Source: an uncultured Antarcticibacterium sp. (lineage in GTDB: Bacteria > Bacteroidota > Bacteroidia > Flavobacteriales > Flavobacteriaceae). Taken from it: 64,000 nucleotides of DNA. This document shows, piece after piece, positions 10,270 through 20,107 of this stretch (position 1 is the stretch's first letter; each line of letters opens with the position of its first letter). Below the pieces are notes generated by a model. The model searched no databases. It had not been told where the DNA came from and worked only from the letters and a program-made list of their open reading frames with translations. The position numbers were made by a program, and so were the translations under genes. The stretch is from contig CAZXEY010000001.1 in NCBI GenBank assembly GCA_964639695.1, positions 3,448-67,447 on the forward strand, in the 5' to 3' direction.

Positions 10270-11595
10270 TTAAAATTTAAAGCTAAATCCAGAATAGATC
10301 CCGAAGTAGTACGAGTTTACCCCTTGGGTTGAGGAGTTAAAGGTGTTTAGCTGGTATTTAAAAATTGGCTCCAGGTTTAACTGGAATTGAGGCGAAACTT
10401 CATAGTCAAGTCCCACCCCAATGTTCGTAGTAAAACTTACCTTATTTACATTGCTGGATCGCCCAAGATTCGTTGAAAAATTAGAAGAATTAAGGGAAAC
10501 CATATTTTCATCCATAAACAACGTACTTCCTCCACCAATTAGATTCAAGCCTACTTTTTTATCAATTAAAGCGTATTCAATTTCCAATGGCACTTCTATA
10601 AATCCAAATTTTTGATTAAGAAAACCTGCGGCAGGAGAAGCAAGGCTGGCTCTGTCAAATTCACTGGAAGCGCTTATGTTGCTAAATCTTCTTACACTGC
10701 GGTCTTCAATCCTGTAATTAGGAATATTTCCATTATAATCTATACCGCTAAGAATATTAGGATTTACAGCTGCAGTGAAGGCAATATTTTTAGTATTATA
10801 GCTCATGTCAACTTTGTTAACACCCGATCTTAGTTTAATTTTTTCAGAGATCTGGTAAGCAAAATTAATACCGTAAGACATTGTAATTTCTCCCCCACTT
10901 TCATTATTGTTGAAACGCGAATCTATGGTATTTGAATTTCCAAAATTATCAAAATAAATAGGGGCTGCTGTTGGGGAAACCCTGAGCTTTTTAAATTCAG
11001 AAGAGTTTTCTGCAATTAAATCTTCCTGAGTATCATTATCTAAAGGAATTGGAAGGTCCAACTTTATAACTTTAGTCGGTTTTTCACCGGTTAAGGCTAT
11101 TCCTTCAGTTTTTTGTAAATCATTGAAGGAGTAATTTCCGAGGGAAATATCTGTAGCTATAGCTACAGAATTAAATCGGGAATAATTAACAGAAGCCTGA
11201 TCATTCAAGGTTCTTTCTTCATTAAACGGAATAGATTCAAGTGCTCTTTTGTTTTCTGTGTCCTTAACCAATGCCTGCAGTATAATTGAGGATCGAATCA
11301 TATTTCGATTGTATTCTTCCGAAGCCAGGTTTAACTGTCCAAAATTATCATCTGCTTCTGTGGCAATTTGAGTTGAAGAGGATCCTGTGTTAAAAAGGCT
11401 ATTGGCAAAGTTTACCAGGAGCGCCAAAACTGCAGCAATTCCTGCTAGTTTATACCACAATGGAACTACTTTTTTCTTTTTCTGCTTTTCATGTAAGCGG
11501 GCAGATAGATTTTTCCACACAGCTTCGCGTGGGGTAGCTTCGAAATCCTTGAATTTCTCCTGATACAATCTATCTATATGCTTTTTTTCCTCCAT
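10270..11595 (-). CDS. Putative dual-membrane-spanning anti-sigma factor with C-terminal outer-membrane beta-barrel
   Basis: Directly downstream of ECF sigma; N-terminal IDRLYQEKF..P...VW, one TM helix, linker, barrel ending GFSFKF. Confidence 0.7.
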   Translation of the reverse strand: MEEKKHIDRLYQEKFKDFEATPREAVWKNLSARLHEKQKKKKVVPLWYKLAGIAAVLALLVNFANSLFNTGSSSTQIATEADDNFGQLNLASEEYNRNMIRSSIILQALVKDTENKRALESIPFNEERTLNDQASVNYSRFNSVAIATDISLGNYSFNDLQKTEGIALTGEKPTKVIKLDLPIPLDNDTQEDLIAENSSEFKKLRVSPTAAPIYFDNFGNSNTIDSRFNNNESGGEITMSYGINFAYQISEKIKLRSGVNKVDMSYNTKNIAFTAAVNPNILSGIDYNGNIPNYRIEDRSVRRFSNISASSEFDRASLASPAAGFLNQKFGFIEVPLEIEYALIDKKVGLNLIGGGSTLFMDENMVSLNSSNFSTNLGRSSNVNKVSFTTNIGVGLDYEVSPQFQLNLEPIFKYQLNTFNSSTQGVNSYYFGIYSGFSFKF

Positions 11596-11596
11596 G

Positions 11597-12139
11597 TTAT
11601 GACGAACTAACCGCCTGATTTACCTGGTTTGCTTCTACTTTTTCTTTTAATATAATTCTGGCCCTTGCCAAATTTGATTTAGAAGTTCCCGTTGAAATTT
11701 GAAGCATTTCAGAGATTTCCTTGTGGGAAAACCCGTCTAATGCATACAAATTAAAAACCTGTCTATATCTATCAGGCAATTCCTGGATGATTTCTAATAA
11801 GAAATCTACAGAAACTACTTCGTCATCAATTTCCAGCGCAGGTTCTTTAATGTGTTCTTCGTTAACAATTTCAAACAGCCCTTGCTTTCTATATTTTTGA
11901 AGGGTAGTGTTGATCATTATTCTCTTCATCCAACCTTCAAAAGAACCTTTATCCTGATATTGTTTGATCTTATCAAATATTATCATAAAACCATCCTGCA
12001 GGTTGTCTTCTGCCTGTTGATAGCTATTAGAATATTTTAAACACACAGCGAACAGTTTAGTGGCATACAGCCTGTACAATTGCTCCTGTGCTTTTATATC
12101 CTGTTTTTTACAGTTATGTATGAGTTGTTCTAAACTCAA
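11597..12139 (-). CDS. ECF RNA polymerase sigma factor
   Basis: AEDNLQDGF, SFEGWMKRI, region 4 SHKEISEMLQISTGTSKSNLARAR; TTG start. Confidence 0.95.
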   Translation of the reverse strand: MSLEQLIHNCKKQDIKAQEQLYRLYATKLFAVCLKYSNSYQQAEDNLQDGFMIIFDKIKQYQDKGSFEGWMKRIMINTTLQKYRKQGLFEIVNEEHIKEPALEIDDEVVSVDFLLEIIQELPDRYRQVFNLYALDGFSHKEISEMLQISTGTSKSNLARARIILKEKVEANQVNQAVSSS

Positions 12140-12162
12140 GTGCCGGGGTGATTAAGTTGATA

Positions 12163-12585
12163 CTAACTTCCAGGCTGGGTAACTGTTACTTCACGTGTTA
12201 AAAATAAATTTTCACCTTCAGAGTTTGTGCCCCGCCAAAACTTAAAGATATAAAAATCATTTCTTTCAGCAACAAAATTTAACTCAGCTGCTGCTTGTAA
12301 ATTTCCTGTCTCTGAACAATTTGTGCTTGCAGTCCTATAACTGTTTACAATACCAACAGTAATAGTATTGCCGCTTTTCGAAACATCAAAACCGGAAAAA
12401 TAATGACAACTACTGGGTTTTTGGTAAGTAATAGCTATAGAATGGGTTTCCCTGAAAACCATGTTTTCAGGCATTTCTACAGAAACAACTGGGGCCAGTT
12501 CCTGCGTAATGTTGCCAGAATCATCATCATCAATTGAGCAGCTGAAAAGGGTAAAAACTAAACAAAACAGTAAAACTCTTTTCAT
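12163..12585 (-). CDS. Hypothetical lipoprotein, first gene of the ECF operon
   Basis: Lipobox LFSC followed by acidic DDDDS. Confidence 0.75.
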   Translation of the reverse strand: MKRVLLFCLVFTLFSCSIDDDDSGNITQELAPVVSVEMPENMVFRETHSIAITYQKPSSCHYFSGFDVSKSGNTITVGIVNSYRTASTNCSETGNLQAAAELNFVAERNDFYIFKFWRGTNSEGENLFLTREVTVTQPGS

Positions 12586-12623
12586 TCACTTGCATTTGCC
12601 ATTACGGTAGGTTATCTTTCTAC

Positions 12624-12650
12624 AGATGCAATGTTTGCAAAAGGGTTGCG
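12624..12650 (-). promoter_or_regulatory. Putative ECF-sigma promoter (CGCAACC-N13-TGCATCT)
   Basis: Minus strand reads CGCAACC cttttgcaaacat TGCATCT, 38 nt before the operon start; same motif at 13783-13809. Confidence 0.6.
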
Positions 12651-12658
12651 TTAAGAGT

Positions 12659-12685
12659 AAAAAAAATCCCGCTTTTGCGGGATTT
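12659..12685 (-). terminator. Intrinsic terminator of recA
   Basis: AAATCCCGC-TTTT-GCGGGATTT hairpin with U-tract on the minus strand. Confidence 0.8.
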
Positions 12686-12707
12686 AAATTTTTTAAAAAT
12701 TCAGGAC

Positions 12708-13721
12708 TTAAACTTTTACAGCCTTAATAGCCTCAGTAATTTTTTGTTCCAGTTCATCCATAAGTTCAGGATTGTCCTTTAAAACTGCTTTTACAGCATC
12801 TCTTCCCTGTCCAAGCTTGGTGTCTTCATAGCTAAACCAGGAACCACTTTTCTTTATGATCTCAAAGTCAACTCCTATATCTATTATTTCTCCAATTTTG
12901 GAAATTCCTTCACTGTATATAATGTCGAATTCTGCAGTTTTAAAGGGAGGTGCCACTTTGTTCTTTACAACCTTAACCCTCGTTTTATTACCTGTTACGT
13001 TACTGGCAGCGTCTTTAATTTGTGTAGATCTTCTTATATCCAGTCGTACCGAAGCATAAAATTTTAAAGCATTACCTCCTGTGGTAGTTTCGGGATTTCC
13101 AAACATCACCCCGATCTTTTCCCTTAGCTGGTTAATAAAAATTACAGTACACTTTGTTTTGCTAATGCTGGCTGTTAATTTTCTCAATGCCTGGGACATT
13201 AACCTGGCATGAAGACCCATTTTTGAATCTCCCATTTCTCCTTCAATTTCACTCTTAGGAGTAAGTGCGGCAACAGAATCTATTACTATGATATCTATAG
13301 CCCCCGAGCGAATAAGATTATCGGCAATTTCCAGGGCCTGTTCGCCGTTATCTGGCTGGGAAATAATTAGATTTTCAAGATCTACACCTAGATTTTCAGC
13401 ATAAAATCGGTCAAAAGCGTGTTCTGCATCAATAAAAGCTGCAATACCTCCTTTTTTTTGTGCCTCGGCGATAGCGTGAAGAGTTAAAGTGGTTTTACCC
13501 GAAGATTCAGGTCCATATATTTCAATAACTCTTCCACGTGGATAACCCCCAACACCCATTGCAATATCCAATCCAAGAGAACCGGTGGAGATAGATTCCA
13601 CATCTGAAACAGATTGATCGCTCATTTTCATAACCGTACCTTTTCCGTAGGTTTTATCCATTTTATCTAGAGTAAGCTTCAGCGCTTTAAGCTTCGCTTC
13701 TTTTTCTTTGTCGTTGCTCAT
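12708..13721 (-). CDS. recA: Recombinase RecA
   Basis: [28 protein letters not shown]. Confidence 0.99.
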   Translation of the reverse strand: MSNDKEKEAKLKALKLTLDKMDKTYGKGTVMKMSDQSVSDVESISTGSLGLDIAMGVGGYPRGRVIEIYGPESSGKTTLTLHAIAEAQKKGGIAAFIDAEHAFDRFYAENLGVDLENLIISQPDNGEQALEIADNLIRSGAIDIIVIDSVAALTPKSEIEGEMGDSKMGLHARLMSQALRKLTASISKTKCTVIFINQLREKIGVMFGNPETTTGGNALKFYASVRLDIRRSTQIKDAASNVTGNKTRVKVVKNKVAPPFKTAEFDIIYSEGISKIGEIIDIGVDFEIIKKSGSWFSYEDTKLGQGRDAVKAVLKDNPELMDELEQKITEAIKAVKV

Positions 13722-13782
13722 GTTTTTTAAATTAAATGCGTTCTGCTAAAATAGATAACTTTTCTTTCACAACAATTTAACG

Positions 13783-13809
13783 CGCAACCTTTTTAAAATC
13801 TCTGCATCT
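13783..13809 (+). promoter_or_regulatory. Putative ECF-sigma promoter (CGCAACC-N13-TGCATCT)
   Basis: CGCAACC tttttaaaatctc TGCATCT; same boxes and spacing as 12624-12650. Confidence 0.55.
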
Positions 13810-13827
13810 ATAAGTAAAGAAGATTTT

Positions 13828-13920
13828 ATGAGATTTCTTAAAATCAATTTATTTTTTGAACGTACAGGCTGTGCTGTTACTGTTCTTTTAAACGGAAGCA
13901 GCAGAGTCGATGGAGGCTAA
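13828..13920 (+). other. 30-aa small ORF, sRNA or gene relic
   Basis: MRFLKINLFFERTGCAVTVLLNGSSRVDGG*, between the ECF-like promoter and a terminator. Confidence 0.3.
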
Positions 13921-13976
13921 TCGTTATTTATTTTTATGATAGTAAGTAAAAAAATTAAATAACGAATTAGCCGTTC

Positions 13977-14015
13977 AAAAAAATGCCCTGGATACTATTT
14001 TCAGGGCATTTTTTC
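13977..14015 (+). terminator. Intrinsic terminator upstream of trhO
   Basis: AAAAAATGCCCTG-loop-CAGGGCATTTTTT. Confidence 0.75.
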
Positions 14016-14077
14016 TTTCTTCTGTGTAAAGCGTTTATCTTTGCAAAAATTTCTTTGAACTTAATAATTAGTATAGC

Positions 14078-15109
14078 ATGCAACTGTACAATAAACTAAG
14101 CGCAAAAGAAAGGGCCGCCCTTATTGAAGATGCAGGGGAAGACCGGTTAACACTTTCTTTTTATGCCTACGCTAAAATTGGCAATCCTCACCTTTTCAGG
14201 AACTACCTGTTTATAAACTGGGACCAGATGGAAGTTTTGGGACGAATTTATGTTGCCCATGAAGGAATAAATGCTCAGCTAAGCCTTCCGGCAAAAAGAT
14301 TTGATGAATTTAAGGCTTTTATTGACAGTATATATTTTTTAGAAAATGTTCGTTTAAATATTGCAATTGAACACGATCTAAAATCCTTTTTAAAGCTGAA
14401 GGTAAAAGTGAGGGATAAGATTGTGGCCGATGGATTGAATGATGAAACTTTCGATGTTACCAATAAAGGAATCCATCTTGACGCGGTAAAGTTTAATGAA
14501 ATTCTTGAGGATCCTAATACTATTCTTGTGGATATGAGAAATCATTATGAAAGTGAAATTGGACGTTTTAAAGGAGCAATTACGCCCGATGTTGACACTT
14601 TTCGGGATTCTCTCGATATCATAGAAGAAGACTAGAAGGAGCACAAAGAAGATAAAAATCTTGTAATGTATTGCACAGGAGGAATTCGGTGTGAAAAGGC
14701 AAGTGCCTACTATAAACATAAAGGTTTTAAAAAAGTTTTTCAGCTGGAAGGCGGAATTATTGAATACGCAAGGCAGGTCCAGAATTTAAATCTTGAAAAC
14801 AAATTTTTAGGAAAGAACTTTGTTTTTGATCACAGGAGAAGTGAAAGAATTTCAGATGAAGTAATTTCCAACTGCCATCAATGCGGTAAACCCTGTGATA
14901 CTCATGTAAACTGTGCTAATGAGGCATGTCATTTGCTTTTTATCCAGTGTGAAGAATGCGCAAAGGCTATGAATGACTGCTGCTCGACAGCATGTAAAGA
15001 GGTGGCAGCATTGCCCTACGAAGAGCAGAAAGCCCTGCGCAAAGGAATACCCAACAGCAATAAAATTTTCAAAAAAGGACGGTCTCAGGTCTTGAAATAC
15101 AAGCAGTAA
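14078..15109 (+). pseudogene. trhO: Rhodanese-related tRNA uridine(34) hydroxylase TrhO/YceA, interrupted by one in-frame TAG at 14633-14635
   Basis: ORFs 14078-14635 and 14666-15109 share a frame; readthrough gives [27 protein letters not shown]. Confidence 0.85.
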
Positions 15110-15219
15110 AAGGGGGTAAATTGCCATACCGATAATATTGGTATATTTACCTCTTAATGTAATATGAACATAAAGTTCAACAGGTTGCTCTGTTAGAACT
15201 TCCAATATATAATCGATTT

Positions 15220-16386
15220 ATGGGATGTACCAGTTGCTCGACCGGAAACGGTCAGCCAAAAGGATGTAAAAATAATGGAACCTGCGGAACAGATGGTTGT
15301 AATAAATTAACTGTTTTTGATTGGTTATCGAATATGTCTCTGCCTAATGGGGTAGAGCCTTTTAATTGTGTGGAAGTCCGGTTTAAAAACGGACGTAAAC
15401 ATTTTTTTAAGAACACTGAAAATTTAACATTAAGTATAGGTGATGTTGTTGCTACTGAAGCTTCACCGGGACACGATATTGGAGTAGTAACCCTAACAGG
15501 TGAACTCGTAAGGGTCCAGATGAAAAGGAAGAAGGTAGCCGAAGACAGTGCCGAGGTACTAAAAATATATAGAAAGGCTTCTCAACGTGACATCGATGTG
15601 TGGCAGGAAGCCAGAGATCGTGAAGACGCGATGAAAGTAAGGGCGAGGGAGCTGGCAATCCAGCTAAACCTTAGCATGAAGATCAGCGATATTGAATTCC
15701 AGGGAGATGCTTCCAAAGCTACATTTTACTATACAGCAGAGGAAAGGGTCGATTTTCGCCAATTGATCAAGGAATTTGCAAGGGAATTCAGCACCAGGAT
15801 CGAAATGCGCCAAATTGGTTTCAGGCAGGAAGCTTCTCGTCTTGGAGGTATTGGTTCCTGTGGCAGGGAATTGTGTTGTTCCACCTGGTTAACAGATTTT
15901 AGATCTGTGAACACTTCGGCAGCTAGATATCAGCAACTTTCTTTAAATCCTCAAAAGCTGGCAGGACAATGCGGGAAGTTAAAATGTTGTCTTAACTATG
16001 AACTAGACACTTATCTTGATGCCTTGAAAGCATTCCCAAAAACTGAAATAAAGCTTTTCACAAAAAAAGGAACAGCAGCCTGTCAAAAAATTGACATTTT
16101 TCAGGGTTACTTATGGTATGCCTATGAAGGAGACTGGATGAACTGGCACAAGTTAACAGCCGAACAGGCCAATAAAATTATTAAAGCCAATAATGATAAA
16201 GAGCCTGTTGCCAGCCTGGAGGAATATGAAGTTCTTGTAGAAGCAGAGAGCAAGACTAAATCGGACTTTAACAATGTGGTAGGACAGGATAGCCTTACCA
16301 GATTTGATAAACCTAAAACTGCCTCGACCGGAAAAAAACGAAGGAAAAATAAACGAAAAAAAGGAAAACCTTCTAATAATGCATAA
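15220..16386 (+). CDS. PSP1-domain / RicT (YaaT)-like Fe-S protein
   Basis: RVDFRQLIK, GGIGSCGRELCC, GQCGKLKCCLNYE; Cys-rich N-terminus. Confidence 0.9.
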   Translation: MGCTSCSTGNGQPKGCKNNGTCGTDGCNKLTVFDWLSNMSLPNGVEPFNCVEVRFKNGRKHFFKNTENLTLSIGDVVATEASPGHDIGVVTLTGELVRVQMKRKKVAEDSAEVLKIYRKASQRDIDVWQEARDREDAMKVRARELAIQLNLSMKISDIEFQGDASKATFYYTAEERVDFRQLIKEFAREFSTRIEMRQIGFRQEASRLGGIGSCGRELCCSTWLTDFRSVNTSAARYQQLSLNPQKLAGQCGKLKCCLNYELDTYLDALKAFPKTEIKLFTKKGTAACQKIDIFQGYLWYAYEGDWMNWHKLTAEQANKIIKANNDKEPVASLEEYEVLVEAESKTKSDFNNVVGQDSLTRFDKPKTASTGKKRRKNKRKKGKPSNNA

Positions 16387-16870
16387 ATCGTCTCTTACGG
16401 TTTTAGTTATTGCTGTTGTACTTTTTATTTCCTGTGATTCTAACAGAGTCTATGACAGGTATGAAAGTCTTCCCAATACATGGAATAAAGATTCAATTAT
16501 TACGTTTAAACTTGATAATGTTGATTCCCTGCAAACCTATAACCTGTTTATAAACATTAGGAACAACAATGATTTTGCCTATAGTAATTTGTTTCTTATA
16601 ACCCAGATCCAGTTCCCGCATGGAAAGGTGATCACTGATACCCTGGAGTACAGGATGACCACTCCATCTGGTGAATGGCTTGGCACAGGTTTTGGAGACG
16701 TGAAGGAAAACAAACTCTGGTACAAAGAAAATGTACGGTTTGATGAACCCGGGGATTACAAAGTTTTCATTCAGCACGCCATGAGAAAAAGCGGGAATGA
16801 AGAAGGTATTAAAGATCTTGAGGGAATATCAGATGTAGGATTTCGCATCGAAAATACGCAGAACAATTAA
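16379..16870 (+). CDS. gldH: Gliding motility lipoprotein GldH
   Basis: Lipobox FISCD, YSNLFLI, GEWLGTG, IQHAMR; start at ATG 16379. Confidence 0.9.
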   Translation: MHKSSLTVLVIAVVLFISCDSNRVYDRYESLPNTWNKDSIITFKLDNVDSLQTYNLFINIRNNNDFAYSNLFLITQIQFPHGKVITDTLEYRMTTPSGEWLGTGFGDVKENKLWYKENVRFDEPGDYKVFIQHAMRKSGNEEGIKDLEGISDVGFRIENTQNN

Positions 16871-16879
16871 GTTTATCCA

Positions 16880-19180
16880 ATGGCCAAAAAAACAAAAAAA
16901 ACACATTCTGGTTACCGCAAATATATTATTGCCTTCTGGACCATCTTTGGGCTGGGACTTTTAACAATTGCCTTTTTATTTATACTTGCCGGGTGGGGTG
17001 CTTTTGGTAAAATGCCCAAATTTGAGGAGCTGGAAAACCCTGAAACCAATCTTGCAACAGAGATTTTTTCAGCCGATGGCGAAACGCTTGGTAAATACTA
17101 CAGTGAGAACCGAACTCCAATAAAATATGAAGACCTTCCAGATCATTTGGTAAAAGCCCTTATAGCTACCGAGGATGAACGTTTTTATGAACATGCCGGG
17201 ATTGATGCCCGTGGTACAATTAGAGCAGCGGTTTTCTTAGGGGAACGTGGAGGAGCAAGTACAATTACCCAGCAGCTGGCAAAGCAGCTTTTTACCGAAG
17301 ATGTTTCAACAGATTTTATGGGGAGGGTTCTTCAGAAATTTAAGGAATGGATCATTGCCATCAGGCTTGAACGCCAGTATACTAAGGAGGAAATAATTAC
17401 AATGTATTTTAACAAGCACGATTTCGTGTACCAGGCTGTTGGGATACGATCTGCGGCCAAGATATATTTTGATAAAGAAGCAAAAGATCTTGATATAGAA
17501 GAATCTGCAGTACTGGTTGGGATGTTGGTCAATGCGGCATATTACAATCCCATGCGAAGGCCTGAGCTGGTAGAACAGCGAAGAAATGTGGTGATTTCAC
17601 AAATGGAGAAAAATGATTTCATTACGCCCGAAGAAGAAGATTCCCTTCAGGCATTGCCAATGAACATCAAGTTTTCCCCGCAGGGGCATGACGACGGGAT
17701 TGCTACCTATTTTAGGGTTTACTTACAGGGTTTCATGCGGGATTGGATCAAGGATAACCCTAAGCCGGATGGGACAGAATACAACATCTACCGTGACGGA
17801 TTGAAAATTTACACCAGTATCGACTCCAGAATGCAAGAGTATGCCGAAGAAGCGGTGCATATGCATATGACTCAACTTCAGAAGGAATTCGACAGGCAGA
17901 ACAAGAATAATAAAACAGCACCTTTTAGGGATATTAGTCAGGAAGAAATTGACGATATTATTAATAGGGCTATGAAGGTTTCCGACCGATGGAAAAAAAT
18001 GGAGGCTCAGGGGAAATCAAGTGAAGAAATAAGAAAATCATTTGATGTAAAGACTGAAATGAGGGTGTTTAGCTGGAAAGGCACAAAGGATACTGTCATG
18101 ACCCCACGCGATTCAATTCGGTATTACAAATCTTATTTAAATGCCGGCCTAATGTCTATGACCCCACAAACCGGGGAAGTGAAGGCATGGGTTGGAGGGA
18201 TCGACTTCAAACATTTCAAATTTGAACATGTGAAGCAGGCAAGGCGGCAGGTAGGTTCTACATTTAAACCTTTTGTTTATGCGACCGCTATAGATCAGTT
18301 AAAACTATCTCCATGTGATACGATGCCCCGAAACCATTTTACAATAGAGGCGGGAAAACATGGTAATCAAAATGACTGGTCACCTCGTAACAGCGATAAT
18401 GAGTATAGTGGGATGCTAACTTTAAAAAGTGCTCTTGCTCAGTCTGTAAATACGATTAGTGCCCGGTTAATTGATAAAACAGGTACAGCTCCGGTTATTG
18501 AACTATTAAACAAATTAGGTATAGATACGCGAAATATTCCCGAAGTTCCTTCTATTGCCTTAGGAACCGCCGATATGAGCTTGTATGAAATGGTTTCAGC
18601 ATATGCGACTTTTGTAAATGAGGGTGTTTATGTAAAGCCGGTGATCGTTAACAGGATCGAGGATAAGAACGGTACCATCCTTTATCAGCATACACCGGAG
18701 AGTCGGGATGTTTTAAGTGCTGAAGCCGCTTATGTTACGGTCAATTTACTGGAAGGAGTTACACAAAATGGATCAGGCCAGCGTTTAAGAGGTACCTGGG
18801 CAGGAGGATCAGATCATTATAAGAGAGCGGTAACAGGTTACCCTTACGATTTCAAAAATCCTATAGCAGGTAAAACCGGAACTACGCAAAATCAAAGTGA
18901 TGGTTGGTTTATGGGAATGGTTCCTAACCTGGTTACAGGAGTTTGGGTTGGTGGAGAAGATCGTGCAGTGCATTTTCCCGGTATTACCTATGGACAGGGA
19001 GCAACAATGGCTTTACCCATTTGGGGAATTTATATGAAGAAGGTTTATGCCGATAATAATCTGGATATCTCGACTGGTGCATTTCCAAGACCGGAAAAGC
19101 TTTCTATAGAAATAGATTGTTACAGCTACGGGCAAAAAGATCCCGAGTTCCAGGCTATTCCGGACGAATTGGATTTTTAA
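16880..19180 (+). CDS. Penicillin-binding protein 1A (transglycosylase + transpeptidase)
   Basis: EDERF, GASTITQQL, STFK, SVN, KTG motifs. Confidence 0.95.
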   Translation: MAKKTKKTHSGYRKYIIAFWTIFGLGLLTIAFLFILAGWGAFGKMPKFEELENPETNLATEIFSADGETLGKYYSENRTPIKYEDLPDHLVKALIATEDERFYEHAGIDARGTIRAAVFLGERGGASTITQQLAKQLFTEDVSTDFMGRVLQKFKEWIIAIRLERQYTKEEIITMYFNKHDFVYQAVGIRSAAKIYFDKEAKDLDIEESAVLVGMLVNAAYYNPMRRPELVEQRRNVVISQMEKNDFITPEEEDSLQALPMNIKFSPQGHDDGIATYFRVYLQGFMRDWIKDNPKPDGTEYNIYRDGLKIYTSIDSRMQEYAEEAVHMHMTQLQKEFDRQNKNNKTAPFRDISQEEIDDIINRAMKVSDRWKKMEAQGKSSEEIRKSFDVKTEMRVFSWKGTKDTVMTPRDSIRYYKSYLNAGLMSMTPQTGEVKAWVGGIDFKHFKFEHVKQARRQVGSTFKPFVYATAIDQLKLSPCDTMPRNHFTIEAGKHGNQNDWSPRNSDNEYSGMLTLKSALAQSVNTISARLIDKTGTAPVIELLNKLGIDTRNIPEVPSIALGTADMSLYEMVSAYATFVNEGVYVKPVIVNRIEDKNGTILYQHTPESRDVLSAEAAYVTVNLLEGVTQNGSGQRLRGTWAGGSDHYKRAVTGYPYDFKNPIAGKTGTTQNQSDGWFMGMVPNLVTGVWVGGEDRAVHFPGITYGQGATMALPIWGIYMKKVYADNNLDISTGAFPRPEKLSIEIDCYSYGQKDPEFQAIPDELDF

Positions 19181-19204
19181 AGAAGAAGAAAGTAATTATT
19201 ATAC

Positions 19205-19244
19205 AGGTCAATTAGCTAATGATTTAGTTAATTGACCTTTTTTT
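19205..19244 (+). terminator. Intrinsic terminator after PBP1A
   Basis: AGGTCAATTAGCTAA-TGAT-TTAGTTAATTGACCT followed by a T-run. Confidence 0.8.
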
Positions 19245-19364
19245 AGCTTCCGAAGAAAAATATAGAAGAATAAGTTTTAGTAGAAAGGGAAGGCTTTAAT
19301 TCGATATCTGAAAACGTTGTAGTAAGACTAAGAATTTTGTAAATTTCCCAAAAATGAAACATCG

Positions 19365-20063
19365 ATGATCAAAAAGACTGTAAAGAATGTGCAGACCGCC
19401 CTTGAAGGGGTAAAGGATGGAATGACTTTAATGCTGGGAGGATTTGGCTTAAGTGGGATTCCTGAAAATTCTATCTCACGGCTGGTAGAGCTAAACGTAA
19501 AGGAATTAACCTGTATATCCAATAATGCCGGGGTTGATGATTTTGGTTTAGGACTTCTACTTCATAAGAAACAAATAAAAAAAATGGTTTCCTCTTATGT
19601 TGGTGAAAACGCAGAATTTGAACGTCAAATGTTAAGTGGGGAGCTGGATGTGGAGCTTATCCCGCAGGGAACACTTGCTGCACGATGCCAGGCAGCACAA
19701 CAAGGTTTTCCTGCGATTTATACCCCCGCAGGTTTTGGAACTGAAGTAGCAGAAGGCAAAGAAACCAGAGAGTTCGATGGTAAAATGTATGTACTTGAAA
19801 AAGCTTTTATAGCAGATTTTGCATTGGTAAAAGCATGGAAAGGGGACGAAGCAGGAAATTTAATATTTAAAGGAACTGCCAGAAATTTTAATCCGTTGAT
19901 GTGTGGTGCTGCTACAGTTACTGTTGTAGAAGTAGAACATCTTGTAAAACCGGGAGAATTGGATCCAAATCAAATCCATATTCCGGGAATATTTGTTCAA
20001 AGGATCTTCCAGGGTGACAGCTATGAAAAAAGAATTGAGCAAAGAACAGTAAGGGAAAAATAA
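19365..20063 (+). CDS. scoA: 3-oxoacid CoA-transferase subunit A
   Basis: [28 protein letters not shown]. Confidence 0.93.
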   Translation: MIKKTVKNVQTALEGVKDGMTLMLGGFGLSGIPENSISRLVELNVKELTCISNNAGVDDFGLGLLLHKKQIKKMVSSYVGENAEFERQMLSGELDVELIPQGTLAARCQAAQQGFPAIYTPAGFGTEVAEGKETREFDGKMYVLEKAFIADFALVKAWKGDEAGNLIFKGTARNFNPLMCGAATVTVVEVEHLVKPGELDPNQIHIPGIFVQRIFQGDSYEKRIEQRTVREK

Positions 20064-20095
20064 TTTGAAGATTGGTTGATTTGAAAATTTTATAA
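20061..20095. repeat. Left arm of 35-bp imperfect inverted repeat made of 8-nt ATTnnnnn units
   Basis: TAATTTGAAGATTGGTTGATTTGAAAATTTTATAA; 28/35 complementary to 20481-20515. Confidence 0.8.
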
Positions 20096-20107
20096 CTCTG
20101 AAAAGTA

